A DNA stretch of 59,799 nt from a virus (IMGVR_UViG_3300021964_000069:1-59799); one strand, 5' to 3'. Positions 1-9,245 are shown, numbered from the stretch's first letter. The notes: a model not told the origin generated them from the letters alone. Program-made: numbers and translations.

Positions 1-516
1 ATCTGCCCATTTTCTTATTTTATCAAATATAATAATATCATTTATAATAATATCATTTGATTCTACATATTTTTGAAAAGCCCCAGCTTCTGACATAGCT
101 TTATTATAAATATAACAGGTTGAAGGTCCAAACTGACTAGTATAAGAATTACTAATAACCCAATCAATTTTATCTTGAGCATCAAGTTTGAATTTTCCAT
201 AAGGAGTGTCTATTTCTAAGTCTGCTAAAAATGCTCCATTTAAATCCGACTTAGGTATTTTAAACGTAGTGGTAGCATCTGATGATGTATGTTTTTTCAT
301 TTTCTTTTTAAATAAATTCTTATAAAGTTTTAAATCTTTTTTATATCCGTATTCTTCTTGCAATATAGACTCAGCATTTGACGCTTCATTTATATCTTCT
401 GTTTCAAGTAATACTTCATATTCATTTTCTTTATAACCTTGTTGCTCGGTAACTCTTCGTTGTAAATTTTTAGTACAACCAATTTTTCTTCCGGGTATAT
501 GATATATATAATACAT
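1..516 (-). CDS. GIY-YIG-like N-terminal domain, probably fused to a MazG-like NTP pyrophosphohydrolase (3' end truncated by the window edge; not in ORF track)
   Basis: Manual translation from ATG at 516 (TAATG overlap with thyA stop): MYYIYHIPGRKIGCTKNLQRRVTEQQGY...IIFDKIRKWAD, open to position 1. YIY...KIG.T.NL..R resembles GIY-YIG; FDKIRKWAD resembles the start of phage MazG-like domains. Confidence 0.6.
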   Translation of the reverse strand, partial: MYYIYHIPGRKIGCTKNLQRRVTEQQGYKENEYEVLLETEDINEASNAESILQEEYGYKKDLKLYKNLFKKKMKKHTSSDATTTFKIPKSDLNGAFLADLEIDTPYGKFKLDAQDKIDWVISNSYTSQFGPSTCYIYNKAMSEAGAFQKYVESNDIIINDIIIFDKIRKWAD

Positions 517-1340
517 TATGTTGCTAGTGGTGCTTTTATTGGTTTTTGTGGGTTATAGTTAGTTAGCTCAATATCTTCATGAGTTGGTACCCATGCTACC
601 CTGCTTAACTTTTCATCAAGTGTAATACCTTTCTTTAATTTTAAAGTTGGTAGCTCACTATCTTCACGCGATAAATATTCTTTTACTTGATCTACGTGAT
701 TATTATAAATATGGCAATCGCCTAAAAAAGCAATTAAACTTCCTGGTTTATATCCAAATCCTTTAGCAAGCATTTCTAATAATAATCCATACATTGCAAT
801 ATCATATGGCAGTCCAAGAAACATATCAACCGATCTTTGATTCCAGCTTAAATCTAATTTACCGTTGTTAATATATATTTGAAAACCATAATGGCAGGGA
901 GGAAGTGCCATATCGCTGAGATCATTAGGGTTCCATAAGCTTGCCATAATGCGCCGCGAGCTTGGGTTGTTTTTAATTTGCTGGAGAACATTAAAGAACT
1001 GGTCCACACCATTAAAGCTCCTGAGCTGCTTACCATAAACAGGGCCCAAAGTTCCGTCTGTTCTACCTGATTGGTTATAATTATCATCCCAATAATTAAC
1101 ACCATGTTCGTGCAAGTAAGCAAGATCAGTACGTCCCGCAAGTATCCATAGTAATTCCGTAATTGCATGATTAAAATATATTTTTTTTGCTGTTAATAAT
1201 GGGAACCCCAAAGACATATCATGCCTAAATACTCTTCCAAAGACAGAGATTGTCCCAGTTCCTGTTCTATCTTCTTTTTGTTTTCCGCTATGGAGTGTTC
1301 CTGATAATAATCCTCTATATTCATCCAGTCCGTTTATCAT
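516..1340 (-). CDS. thyA: Thymidylate synthase
   Basis: DRTGTGT, FPLLT, ELLW, LGPVYGKQ, SRR, MALPPCH (catalytic Cys), QRSVDMFLGLPYDIAMY, GDCHIYNNH motifs. Confidence 0.97.
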   Translation of the reverse strand: MINGLDEYRGLLSGTLHSGKQKEDRTGTGTISVFGRVFRHDMSLGFPLLTAKKIYFNHAITELLWILAGRTDLAYLHEHGVNYWDDNYNQSGRTDGTLGPVYGKQLRSFNGVDQFFNVLQQIKNNPSSRRIMASLWNPNDLSDMALPPCHYGFQIYINNGKLDLSWNQRSVDMFLGLPYDIAMYGLLLEMLAKGFGYKPGSLIAFLGDCHIYNNHVDQVKEYLSREDSELPTLKLKKGITLDEKLSRVAWVPTHEDIELTNYNPQKPIKAPLAT

Positions 1341-1611
1341 AATAGTATTTCTTCATATTATATAATTCTTGCCATATATTATCTGATATATAAATATTAG
1401 GAGATAAATATGGTTTTTCTCCGCGTTTGTATGGCCCAACACTAATAGCAATACGCCATTCTTCTGGATACATTCCTTGTTGAGTAGGAACAGGGCTTAT
1501 ACGTATATTATTTTTTATACAGTAATCATCCCATTTTAGTTGCTCTTCATCTGCAACAAATCCTGTATTTAAGCCTTTATAATTAGATTTCCTTTTTAAC
1601 CCACTTCCCAT
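1321..1611 (-). CDS. Hypothetical protein
   Basis: 96-aa ORF overlapping both neighbours in the operon. Confidence 0.75.
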   Translation of the reverse strand: MGSGLKRKSNYKGLNTGFVADEEQLKWDDYCIKNNIRISPVPTQQGMYPEEWRIAISVGPYKRGEKPYLSPNIYISDNIWQELYNMKKYYYDKRTG

Positions 1612-3305
1612 GGCATTGCATCTATTGTTGTTTCCGCTAATGGCATATAGTCACCACTTGTATGATCCCATTTAAAATGTGCTTCCGCTTGATTTTCACC
1701 TAAATTTTGAAACTTAACTTTTAGCACTTTTACTTTAACAGTTTTTTGTTCGTAATTACGGTGTACCAATAATCCGTGATAAGACGCATCATACCACTCA
1801 CCTCCACCTTTGATGCTATACATAGTCGGTTCATCAATCGTACCGTCATCTTTCTTATACATTTTAGTTGGGTGTGCAACTATTATTACAAGCACATCAT
1901 ATTTTTTAGCAAAAGCTTCAACTCTTGTTAAGTATTCCATAGTTGCGTCGGGTATACTCATTGCACTTGAACCATTCATTTTAACTTTATTGTAAGGATC
2001 TATAACTAGACATTTAATACCTTTACGTTTTACAAGCTCAGCACCTTTAGCTAAAACAGCATCAAGATCATATCTTTCATTCTCAATAAAATAAAAATTA
2101 TCATTAACTTTTGATATAACATTATTCCATTTATCTGTTCCAATATCATCTTTATTTGGCATCCAACCACCAATCTTTCTAATCAATTTATGAGTATGTA
2201 AAAAAGTTGGTTTGTTTTCAGGCGAAGCAAATGCAGTTTTCCAACCGTATTTTAAGTAGTATCCCACCACCATTCTATCAACAAAATCAGACTTCCCACT
2301 GCTAGGAACCCCTGTAACGGTGATGAACTGGCCTGTGTATGTAGAGAATATGTTATCAAAGTTATCAAGGCCGATTTGATACCCAGGTTTAAAGCCTTCG
2401 TAAATAAATTCTTCAAGTTCTTCATTTATATCTTTTAAAGTTACTACATTTTCTATTGGAACAGGCTTAGCTTTATTAATAACAGCAGCAAGCATACTAC
2501 CCCCGTGTTTAATAATAAACTCGTTAGCATCTTTACATGTATTGAACTCAACCGTAAAGCATTTCTCTGCTCCAAGTCTTCGAATAAGCTCTTGCTTAAG
2601 TGCAGATCCCGCCTCATCTTCATCAACTGCGAGTATGATTTTTTCTTTTGATTCAAAATAATCAATGCAGGAATCCAAGTAGTCAAGGTTAGTATTATTA
2701 ATAGTAGCTCCGTTTGGTACTGATACAACAGAGTCAATACCAGCTTCAACAAAAGAAAGAGCATCAATTTCGCCTTCCACCACAACCATATAGTCATGCC
2801 CAATAGTCCGATCAATATTGTAAAATACCTTTTCGGCTCCTTTAACCAGTTTAAAATTTTTCCTACCATCTCTATACTTTATGTTAATTAATTCGTTATT
2901 TATAAAGTAATTGAATTGAATTGTATTTTCATTTTTACCGGTTTGTGGCATAAACTCAACGCCTTCAGTTACTTTCATTTTAACTAAAGTGTTTTGACTT
3001 ATACCGCGGCTCTCAAACCATTTAATTACTCGATCACTTAGCTGAGTATTATTTTTCCATTCTGGTTTGGTATATTCTTTCAATTTATCAGATTTTCTTT
3101 TAAAAGTATGTAATTGAAAAACTTCATTACAATTCATACAAGTACCGAGACCACGTTCCCAATCATACATAGCACATTTAGCTTTTTGATTTTTGGGCTG
3201 CCTGGTGTGCGAGCAAAGAGGGCATACACCCTCTCGCTTGCCAACCTGCAGATCATATTGATTGAAATTATCAATTTCAAAACCGTTAATCTCTGTAGTA
3301 TTCAT
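1596..3305 (-). CDS. Bifunctional DNA primase-helicase (T7 gp4/Twinkle-like)
   Basis: N-terminal Zn finger (CPLC...CMNC), TOPRIM (VVEGEIDALS, VSVPNGA, DEDEAG, KDANE), SF4 helicase Walker A GVPSSGKS, LVIDPYN, IVAHPTK. Confidence 0.95.
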   Translation of the reverse strand: MNTTEINGFEIDNFNQYDLQVGKREGVCPLCSHTRQPKNQKAKCAMYDWERGLGTCMNCNEVFQLHTFKRKSDKLKEYTKPEWKNNTQLSDRVIKWFESRGISQNTLVKMKVTEGVEFMPQTGKNENTIQFNYFINNELINIKYRDGRKNFKLVKGAEKVFYNIDRTIGHDYMVVVEGEIDALSFVEAGIDSVVSVPNGATINNTNLDYLDSCIDYFESKEKIILAVDEDEAGSALKQELIRRLGAEKCFTVEFNTCKDANEFIIKHGGSMLAAVINKAKPVPIENVVTLKDINEELEEFIYEGFKPGYQIGLDNFDNIFSTYTGQFITVTGVPSSGKSDFVDRMVVGYYLKYGWKTAFASPENKPTFLHTHKLIRKIGGWMPNKDDIGTDKWNNVISKVNDNFYFIENERYDLDAVLAKGAELVKRKGIKCLVIDPYNKVKMNGSSAMSIPDATMEYLTRVEAFAKKYDVLVIIVAHPTKMYKKDDGTIDEPTMYSIKGGGEWYDASYHGLLVHRNYEQKTVKVKVLKVKFQNLGENQAEAHFKWDHTSGDYMPLAETTIDAMPWEVG

Positions 3306-3306
3306 A

Positions 3307-3375
3307 TTAATCTTCGATTGTAATTAAATTACCGTCTTCGTCTTTGTGAATATAAATATAATCCTCGTCAATCAT
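3307..3375 (-). CDS. Putative acidic micropeptide (22 aa)
   Basis: MIDEDYIYIHKDEDGNLITIED; ATG overlaps the upstream stop (TAATG) and the ORF fills the gap before the primase. Confidence 0.45.
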   Translation of the reverse strand: MIDEDYIYIHKDEDGNLITIED

Positions 3376-3692
3376 TAGAATGGTAAATCTGGTTCAGATG
3401 ATATGCTTTGTAACATATCAACATTTGATTGTTGAGGTGCTTGCTTTTCTGCTGTATCAACATTCTGACCATTAGTCCATACAACCTTTACATTACCAAG
3501 ATATTGTTTTGCTGTTTTAGCATCACGTTCATCTTTAGTTTGCTCTGTCATAATATAACCCGAGTCACCATATTGACCGGGCTCATCATTTAACACAACA
3601 GTAACAGGATAATACTTACCCTTCTTACCTTCATAAATTTTGGCTTTATCAATTTTGGTTAAATCAATACTGCCTGAAATAATACTTGCCAT
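3375..3692 (-). CDS. Putative single-stranded DNA-binding protein
   Basis: Small beta-rich protein (IDLTKIDK...GKKGKYY...YLGNVKVVW) with the SSB-type C-terminal DLPF tail, lying between recombination genes and the primase. Confidence 0.7.
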   Translation of the reverse strand: MASIISGSIDLTKIDKAKIYEGKKGKYYPVTVVLNDEPGQYGDSGYIMTEQTKDERDAKTAKQYLGNVKVVWTNGQNVDTAEKQAPQQSNVDMLQSISSEPDLPF

Positions 3693-3883
3693 TAATAAGT
3701 AGATATTTGATTAAACATTCTTCTTAATTGTTCTTTGTTAGCACCTGTTAGTCTACGCATGTTATCAACTGCTTTAACATGAGACTGATTGTTGTAGAAA
3801 TTTCTTTCACTAGTTGTAACTCCAGTTACATCACAGGTTCTTTTACGTGTTCTTGGCATAATAATAAAAATTAAATTAAACAA
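3692..3883 (-). CDS. Hypothetical protein (likely start at MPRTRKR)
   Basis: Small basic ORF translationally coupled to the SSB gene. Confidence 0.65.
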   Translation of the reverse strand: MFNLIFIIMPRTRKRTCDVTGVTTSERNFYNNQSHVKAVDNMRRLTGANKEQLRRMFNQISTY

Positions 3884-3887
3884 TAAA

Positions 3888-4619
3888 TTAAAGTGTTTTT
3901 GATATATAATATTGGCTTATATCAGCGCCATCATTAACAAAAAATTCATTATATATTTGAACTGCTTTAGCAACTTTATTTGCTCCTGATTGTATAAATC
4001 TATCTGAACAATCAAACAATCCAAGTTGATGAGTGTTTTTGTCAATTACTAAAAATATTAATTCATAACCAAACATTTTAGAATAAATATAAGCTTGGCT
4101 GTCGTAATTAAATTTGTAAGCTGAACTAGAAAATGCATTTATATTTCCTGTTGTTTTCAAATCAATAACTAATTGTTCTGAATGATTTACAATATCAGCT
4201 TTACCTTTCCACATCATATTCTCAAGCTCAACTATTCCGGGCTTCTCGTATTCAACATCGCCATCTTGTATTAATTGTTTAAATAAATCATTATCTAAAA
4301 CAATTTCACGCATGAGTTGTATTTCGTCTGCTTCTTTTTCAAGTAAACAAATATCGCCATCTGATAGTTCTTTATATTCTTTTGTATTACGAGTCTTAGA
4401 TTTAGAAATCTTAAATTTATCCAGCTTATGTGGCTCGAGAATACAAGTGTGAAAGTAACCGCCAACGACTAAAGCGGTTGTTTTTGGTTTTTGCTTCTTA
4501 AAATCAAGAGGATTATTCAATAGTGCGTATATATCAGAATTACTTAAGTATGTCCGACCGAACTCACCGTAATAATTCTCATCATCACGCAATTTTTCTA
4601 TAATCTCTTTATTATCCAT
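3888..4619 (-). CDS. PD-(D/E)XK exonuclease (RecE/ExoVIII-like, DUF3799-like)
   Basis: YLSNSDI, G.YFHT.ILEP, KGKADIV, IDLKTT, YDSQAYIY motifs; adjacent to ERF. Confidence 0.88.
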   Translation of the reverse strand: MDNKEIIEKLRDDENYYGEFGRTYLSNSDIYALLNNPLDFKKQKPKTTALVVGGYFHTCILEPHKLDKFKISKSKTRNTKEYKELSDGDICLLEKEADEIQLMREIVLDNDLFKQLIQDGDVEYEKPGIVELENMMWKGKADIVNHSEQLVIDLKTTGNINAFSSSAYKFNYDSQAYIYSKMFGYELIFLVIDKNTHQLGLFDCSDRFIQSGANKVAKAVQIYNEFFVNDGADISQYYISKTL

Positions 4620-5178
4620 TCTTTAATTGTTCTAAAGCGTTAGCTTCAATGTTATATTTATCTTCTAGAGTTTTAAGCAAGCCTCCGTTTTTTAAAAACT
4701 TCTTAGCTTGATCAATATTTTTTGAATTAATTATAGGCTTTTTAGAAGCCATTATTTTATTTTCTAATGTATTTACCTTCTTAGCAAATCCGTGGTCATT
4801 AGTAGCATCTGAATCAGCTGTATCGTCAATCAATAATAAATTACCCAGCGCATATTTTTTACCATAAGAAGATGCTGAACCAAATTGCTGAGGTACTTGC
4901 ATACCCTTTTGATTTAAATCAACACCAACAATTGCAGTAGCGGTAATTTTTTGATCGCCATCGTGTATAGTAGCAACTGAATGTATAATTGGTAAGCCTG
5001 AAATCTCGCTTACTCTTTCTTCAATTGTAAAATACACTTTGTATTTTTCATTAATAGGTTTCAATGCTTCCAGTATGTCCTCAGCAGATCTGAAATTGTA
5101 TTTACCAAAAGAATTGTAACGGGACTTTTTAGCTTTAAATTCCTGTTGAATTAGACTTAATTTTTCTTGAATTGTCAT
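4612..5178 (-). CDS. ERF-family ssDNA annealing protein
   Basis: YNSFGKYNFRSAEDILEALKP, QQFGSASSYGKKYALGNLLLIDDTADSD, which is the ERF signature. Confidence 0.92.
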   Translation of the reverse strand: MTIQEKLSLIQQEFKAKKSRYNSFGKYNFRSAEDILEALKPINEKYKVYFTIEERVSEISGLPIIHSVATIHDGDQKITATAIVGVDLNQKGMQVPQQFGSASSYGKKYALGNLLLIDDTADSDATNDHGFAKKVNTLENKIMASKKPIINSKNIDQAKKFLKNGGLLKTLEDKYNIEANALEQLKNG

Positions 5179-5217
5179 TTGATATAAATTTATGTTTGTA
5201 ATATAATCCGTTTTTAT

Positions 5218-5255
5218 AGTAAGTTATAATACCATCGCCAATAACATAACTTACT
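5218..5255 (-). promoter_or_regulatory. Perfect 10-bp inverted repeat (leader hairpin) between promoter motif copy 1 and erf
   Basis: AGTAAGTTAT (5218-5227) / ATAACTTACT (5246-5255). Confidence 0.5.
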
Positions 5256-5263
5256 TTGTCATC

Positions 5264-5301
5264 TATATAATCACTTGTTTCCATGATTTGTTGTGTACTT
5301 T
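5264..5301 (-). promoter_or_regulatory. Phage bipartite promoter-like motif, copy 1
   Basis: Minus strand AAAGTACACAAC-N15-GTGATTATATA, upstream of the erf/exo/ssb/primase/thyA operon. Confidence 0.8.
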
Positions 5302-5641
5302 AGTTTAATAAGTCGTAAATTATGTTATTTTTTTTAGTTAGCCTACGTTTATATGCTTTAGTTAATTTACCGTAGCCGGTATTTACATCATCATATCCGT
5401 TAATACAATCATATTCATTCCATATTTTATTTTTTAGATTAACGCCTTTACCAGTCAATCTATTTAAAGATAGATTAATATATTTAGATGAAGAAACAGC
5501 TTTAACATGATTAACAGAATAGTTTGCTTCTTTCATCTTTAAGTTTGAATCGATGCTAACAGCATCATTACTATGTTTAATATAAGGCATAACATCTATA
5601 TTGTTATTTATAAGCTTATATTGTGTTTTAAATTGTTTCAT
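5300..5641 (-). CDS. Hypothetical basic protein
   Basis: 113-aa ORF co-oriented with the early arm. Confidence 0.7.
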   Translation of the reverse strand: MKQFKTQYKLINNNIDVMPYIKHSNDAVSIDSNLKMKEANYSVNHVKAVSSSKYINLSLNRLTGKGVNLKNKIWNEYDCINGYDDVNTGYGKLTKAYKRRLTKKNNIIYDLLN

Positions 5642-5681
5642 AGGTATATATAATATAGTGCAAAATTATTTTAATGGGACG

Positions 5682-6458
5682 CTAATCAGCATAAATTTTT
5701 AATTTTTTTTCAGCGTAGTCGTAAACCTGCGAAGAAGATTTAATACCTGTTGTTGCAACATAAAAAGCTAACTCATTAAGCGCCTGTTCGTTAGATCTTA
5801 ATCTTTTTAATAAACGTTGCTTTTGTTTTTTAACAGCCTCAGGTGTCATTCTAAATTTAATAGCAATATCAGAAATTGATTTTGCTTTTGAATAAACGTC
5901 GTCAATTCCGTATAGCATAAGCATCATCTCGCGGTATTTTGGTAAATGCTTATTTAGCCATCCGTCAAAAAACTCCGCAAGTTTTTCATACTCATAATCA
6001 TATACCTCATCTTCAATTAAAGTTAAAACATTAGTATCAAACCAGTGCGGAAATAATACTGTTAAAAAACCCATTGCATCTGTGCGACGCGTTTTTGTTT
6101 CATTATCCCAAATACCTTTAATAGGTTTTTTAGTGCCATCTAAATTTTTCTTTATTTCATCTTTAACTAAGCCAGTTACACTTTTTTTAATATATTTAGT
6201 AATGGCTTTTTTACGATCAAGTTCATTTTCAATTTCATTAATGTAATCCCATTTAATATTTTTCCAAGACTTAATTAATGCTAAAAAAGATTCTTGCATA
6301 AGATCATTAATATTCATAACGCCTATTGCAGCGTATTCTTTTGAAAAACTGTGCGCAATGTTAAATGCTAATTTAAAGTATTTTTTAGGTATGTCACTTT
6401 TAACTTTCTGTAAAGAAGATATGTTTAATGCATATATTTTCTTATTAAAGTTTTTCAT
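5682..6458 (-). CDS. Sigma70-family RNA polymerase sigma factor
   Basis: Region 2 (LAFNIAHSF...INDLMQESFLALIKSW) and region 4 HTH (MLMLYGI...SISDIAIKFRMTPEAVKKQKQRLLKRLR). Confidence 0.8.
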   Translation of the reverse strand: MKNFNKKIYALNISSLQKVKSDIPKKYFKLAFNIAHSFSKEYAAIGVMNINDLMQESFLALIKSWKNIKWDYINEIENELDRKKAITKYIKKSVTGLVKDEIKKNLDGTKKPIKGIWDNETKTRRTDAMGFLTVLFPHWFDTNVLTLIEDEVYDYEYEKLAEFFDGWLNKHLPKYREMMLMLYGIDDVYSKAKSISDIAIKFRMTPEAVKKQKQRLLKRLRSNEQALNELAFYVATTGIKSSSQVYDYAEKKLKIYAD

Positions 6459-6530
6459 TTTTTGTTTTTATTCTTTCTTTGTTGATCAATTTTTGATTTA
6501 ATATTAAAAACATTTGTTTTTATAAGATGC

Positions 6531-7022
6531 TTATATATTTGGTATGCTTTCATATGCGTTTTCAGCTTTAGTTATAATTCGTTTTTTATCGTAAATATAA
6601 TAATTCCAGTATGCTTTAATACTGTTATTTTCAACCTTGTATTCATCTGGCATGCATTGAGGGGGCTCAGTGAAGTTTTGCATTGGTATATATTTAGGCA
6701 GCGTGTATAGCAAATCGCGGCAAGTCATAATTGTTTTATGAACTTTGCCGTAGCGACGAGTATACTCTTTGCCAAGAGCCATCATATATTGATAAGCCCA
6801 TACATAATTTTCAGCATTACTGCGAACCCATATAGATGAGGGGTGATTAACGTGTACTTTTTTATATGGTATATAAGAAGTATCATAATCATACTCTTCA
6901 CCTAATGCATGATGCGCCGTACAAAGCATTTGAGCAGCTTCTAAGGGCATTTTAACTACATGCCTATTATAATGGTAGCTTGCTGCTTTTTTAGGGTCGT
7001 TATGTAAATAAAATATATTCAT
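6531..7022 (-). CDS. Pyrimidine dimer DNA glycosylase / endonuclease V (DenV-like)
   Basis: MNIFYL...HVVKMPLEAAQMLCTAH, YKKVHVNHPSSIWVR, EYTRRYGKVH, PPQCMPDEYK; the true start is probably MNIFYL at 7022. Confidence 0.85.
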   Translation of the reverse strand: MNIFYLHNDPKKAASYHYNRHVVKMPLEAAQMLCTAHHALGEEYDYDTSYIPYKKVHVNHPSSIWVRSNAENYVWAYQYMMALGKEYTRRYGKVHKTIMTCRDLLYTLPKYIPMQNFTEPPQCMPDEYKVENNSIKAYWNYYIYDKKRIITKAENAYESIPNI

Positions 7023-7186
7023 ACGTAATTCCAAAATGAATCAACTTTTTCAATATAAGTTAAACCATTCTTTTTAAAATGCAAAGTTTTATTTTTATCA
7101 AAACTATTTGGTATATCACCAACAGCATAAGGTTTAAACTCGTGTACTTTGTTTGTTATAGTATTTCTTAATTTAATTGTTTTCAT
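7019..7186 (-). CDS. Hypothetical protein (55 aa, not in ORF track)
   Basis: MKTIKLRNTITNKVHEFKPYAVGDIPNSFDKNKTLHFKKNGLTYIEKVDSFWNYV; ATGA overlaps on both sides. Confidence 0.7.
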   Translation of the reverse strand: MKTIKLRNTITNKVHEFKPYAVGDIPNSFDKNKTLHFKKNGLTYIEKVDSFWNYV

Positions 7187-7521
7187 TTTAATAAACTTAT
7201 TTTTATATTATCCCATTTACAGCATTTACGATTTTTATTAACTAAAAGATCAATGCGCTTTTCCCACCTTTTATTCATACGGTCTTGTATTTCCCATTCA
7301 CCATCAAGCTCATCATTAATACCTTCAATTAATATTTTTTTACCAAATGTAAAACCATATTTTTCAAGATCACGTGACACAGCTACCCAGCGATGCTTTG
7401 CTGGATTTAGGCTATCAATAACAGAATTAGATGCTGTTATAAATGGAGTATCGTCGGTTTGCTTTGGGTCAGCATGGTATATTGTAACCGTTACCAATAA
7501 ACTTAATATTATTTCATTCAT
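7183..7521 (-). CDS. 3D-domain (MltA-like lytic transglycosylase) protein
   Basis: VTVTIY...QTDDTPFITAS, WVAVSRDL, FGKKILIEG, IQDRMNKRW..RIDLLV; start probably MNEIILSLL. Confidence 0.8.
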   Translation of the reverse strand: MNEIILSLLVTVTIYHADPKQTDDTPFITASNSVIDSLNPAKHRWVAVSRDLEKYGFTFGKKILIEGINDELDGEWEIQDRMNKRWEKRIDLLVNKNRKCCKWDNIKISLLK

Positions 7522-8359
7522 AATTACGAAATGCTTTTGCTCGAGGAAAACGATATGCACCACCGGGTGTACGTTCGAAATACTCGAACGTTAATTGCTT
7601 GCCAATCAAGCTTTTACGGATAGACCAGATACGTTTGCGTTCTGGAATTGTAAGTGAGGGCCAAGGTACTTCTACAGCGAGTCCATTATTATCGGTGCCG
7701 AGAAATTTACCGAGCCCGTTTTTAAATTTGCCTTGACCTTCAATATAGCCAGTGACCGTGATCTCGGTATCTGACCAGTCTTTAACTTTTTGTAGTGTGT
7801 AACTGCGTTTTTGTTCATAAGGTTTGTTTTGTCTAAGTATAGAGCCTTCATAGCCGTTTGCTTTGTTTTGTTTATGGAATTTATTTAAGTCAGCTTGTGA
7901 CCAGATAACTTTGGTTTCAACTTCGTGTAAAAATTTTAGTTTGTACTTGCTTTTAAGATTTGTAATTGCAAGAGTACGATCTATAAAATCAACATTAGAA
8001 AAGCCTGTTGCTTCAAATAAATCGTAGCAATGAAATTGTGAATAGCTAGCGGCTTCAAATTTGTCTTGCTGCGTAGGTTTTTGCTTACGAACAAGTGAAA
8101 TTATTTTGTTGAAATTATTTTTAAACTTATGGTTATAAAGCTCACCATCAAGAATGAGATAAGGATTATCAGCAAAAAGTGGTTTAAGCTCAGTGAGTAT
8201 ATGCTTACAATTGTGGAACCGTTTATTGTTTCGGCTAAATGCACCATCTTTTGTAATGTAGCAACGGACTCCGTCAAGCTTTGGTTGAACAAAGTGTGTT
8301 TCATTAAAGTCAATTGTTTTGGATACTGGGTGAGCCAGCATGGGTTTAAAGGTTGTCAT
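7514..8359 (-). CDS. ATP-dependent DNA ligase
   Basis: KPMLA, QPKLDGVRC (KxDG), LDGELY, YDLF, GYEGSILR, KRS..LQKVK, RFP motifs; start probably MTTFKPMLA. Confidence 0.95.
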   Translation of the reverse strand: MTTFKPMLAHPVSKTIDFNETHFVQPKLDGVRCYITKDGAFSRNNKRFHNCKHILTELKPLFADNPYLILDGELYNHKFKNNFNKIISLVRKQKPTQQDKFEAASYSQFHCYDLFEATGFSNVDFIDRTLAITNLKSKYKLKFLHEVETKVIWSQADLNKFHKQNKANGYEGSILRQNKPYEQKRSYTLQKVKDWSDTEITVTGYIEGQGKFKNGLGKFLGTDNNGLAVEVPWPSLTIPERKRIWSIRKSLIGKQLTFEYFERTPGGAYRFPRAKAFRNYE

Positions 8360-8648
8360 ATTCTTGTTTGATTTTGTCATATATTTCTTGTAATTCAATT
8401 AATAATTCGTATTTTTCTTCGTTAATAAGCTTTTGTCTTTGAGAATCAAGCTGCTGCAATTGTAATAATAATATATCTTTTTGAGAAGTATTTTTAATAT
8501 TACCAAAACCATCAACGTTTTGATGGAAAAATTGTTCAGGGGGCATAGGATCCCACACTTTAATTGTTTTATCAAAGTATTGAATTATATGCTCTAATAT
8601 AATTCTAGCCATTTTTTTGGCTATTTCGTCTATTTCTTCAGGCGTCAT
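8346..8648 (-). CDS. Hypothetical protein with C-terminal UVR-like coiled coil
   Basis: C-terminal QKLINEEKYELLIELQEIYDKIK resembles the UvrB/C motif (E.YE.A..L). Confidence 0.6.
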   Translation of the reverse strand: MTPEEIDEIAKKMARIILEHIIQYFDKTIKVWDPMPPEQFFHQNVDGFGNIKNTSQKDILLLQLQQLDSQRQKLINEEKYELLIELQEIYDKIKQEYDNL

Positions 8649-8937
8649 TTGTTAATTGTTTAGCTATATAAACTGAATAAGGTTCAATAGGTGTTTTGTA
8701 TTTAAGTTTATCAAAATGATGGTTATCAATAATTGAAGCTAAATATTGCCACATACGCAAATTACGTATATTGCCAGCAATTTCAGTGTATAGCAATTCG
8801 GGCCATTGCTCGTGGTGCCGTGCTCTAAACTTGTCGCGAATATCTAAACGCAGTGTAGCAACTTTAGATATAATCATTGCTTCAATGCGATCGTCATAAT
8901 ATTGTTTATTCATTTTCATATCGTTCAATATAATCAT
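8638..8937 (-). CDS. Hypothetical protein
   Basis: Coupled ORF in the early arm. Confidence 0.7.
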   Translation of the reverse strand: MIILNDMKMNKQYYDDRIEAMIISKVATLRLDIRDKFRARHHEQWPELLYTEIAGNIRNLRMWQYLASIIDNHHFDKLKYKTPIEPYSVYIAKQLTNDA

Positions 8938-9223
8938 TTACTTCATATTCCGGCAAACGACTTTCAATATCATCAACATATATTATAGCTTCACCACCAC
9001 CAATTGCGTCAGCAGTTTCTTTAATACGATCAATAATAGTATCAAAGTCTGGTTCATAATAATACGTGTCATATTCCCAATCAATATTTTTATGATCATT
9101 TGTCATAACGGTTAGCTCATAGCCATCAGCTGTATTCCAAGTGCTAATCTCAAGATCGGGATAGCCTCGATAGTCGTCAGTAATTTGTGCTACATTTAGT
9201 AGCTCAGCTAGTTTTTCAATCAT
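8906..9223 (-). CDS. Highly acidic hypothetical protein
   Basis: 105 aa, D/E- and Y-rich; first ORF downstream of the tRNA. Confidence 0.75.
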   Translation of the reverse strand: MIEKLAELLNVAQITDDYRGYPDLEISTWNTADGYELTVMTNDHKNIDWEYDTYYYEPDFDTIIDRIKETADAIGGGEAIIYVDDIESRLPEYEVNDYIERYENE

Positions 9224-9245
9224 TATATTTAATTTAAAAAGTTAG

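Noticed and set aside
5658-5668. TAATTTTGCAC (minus strand) as a host-type TAnnTTTG promoter for ORF 5300..5641
   Set aside because: It matches the -7 box, but there is no convincing -33 TTTG and such 8-mers are frequent in AT-rich DNA; too weak to list as a feature.
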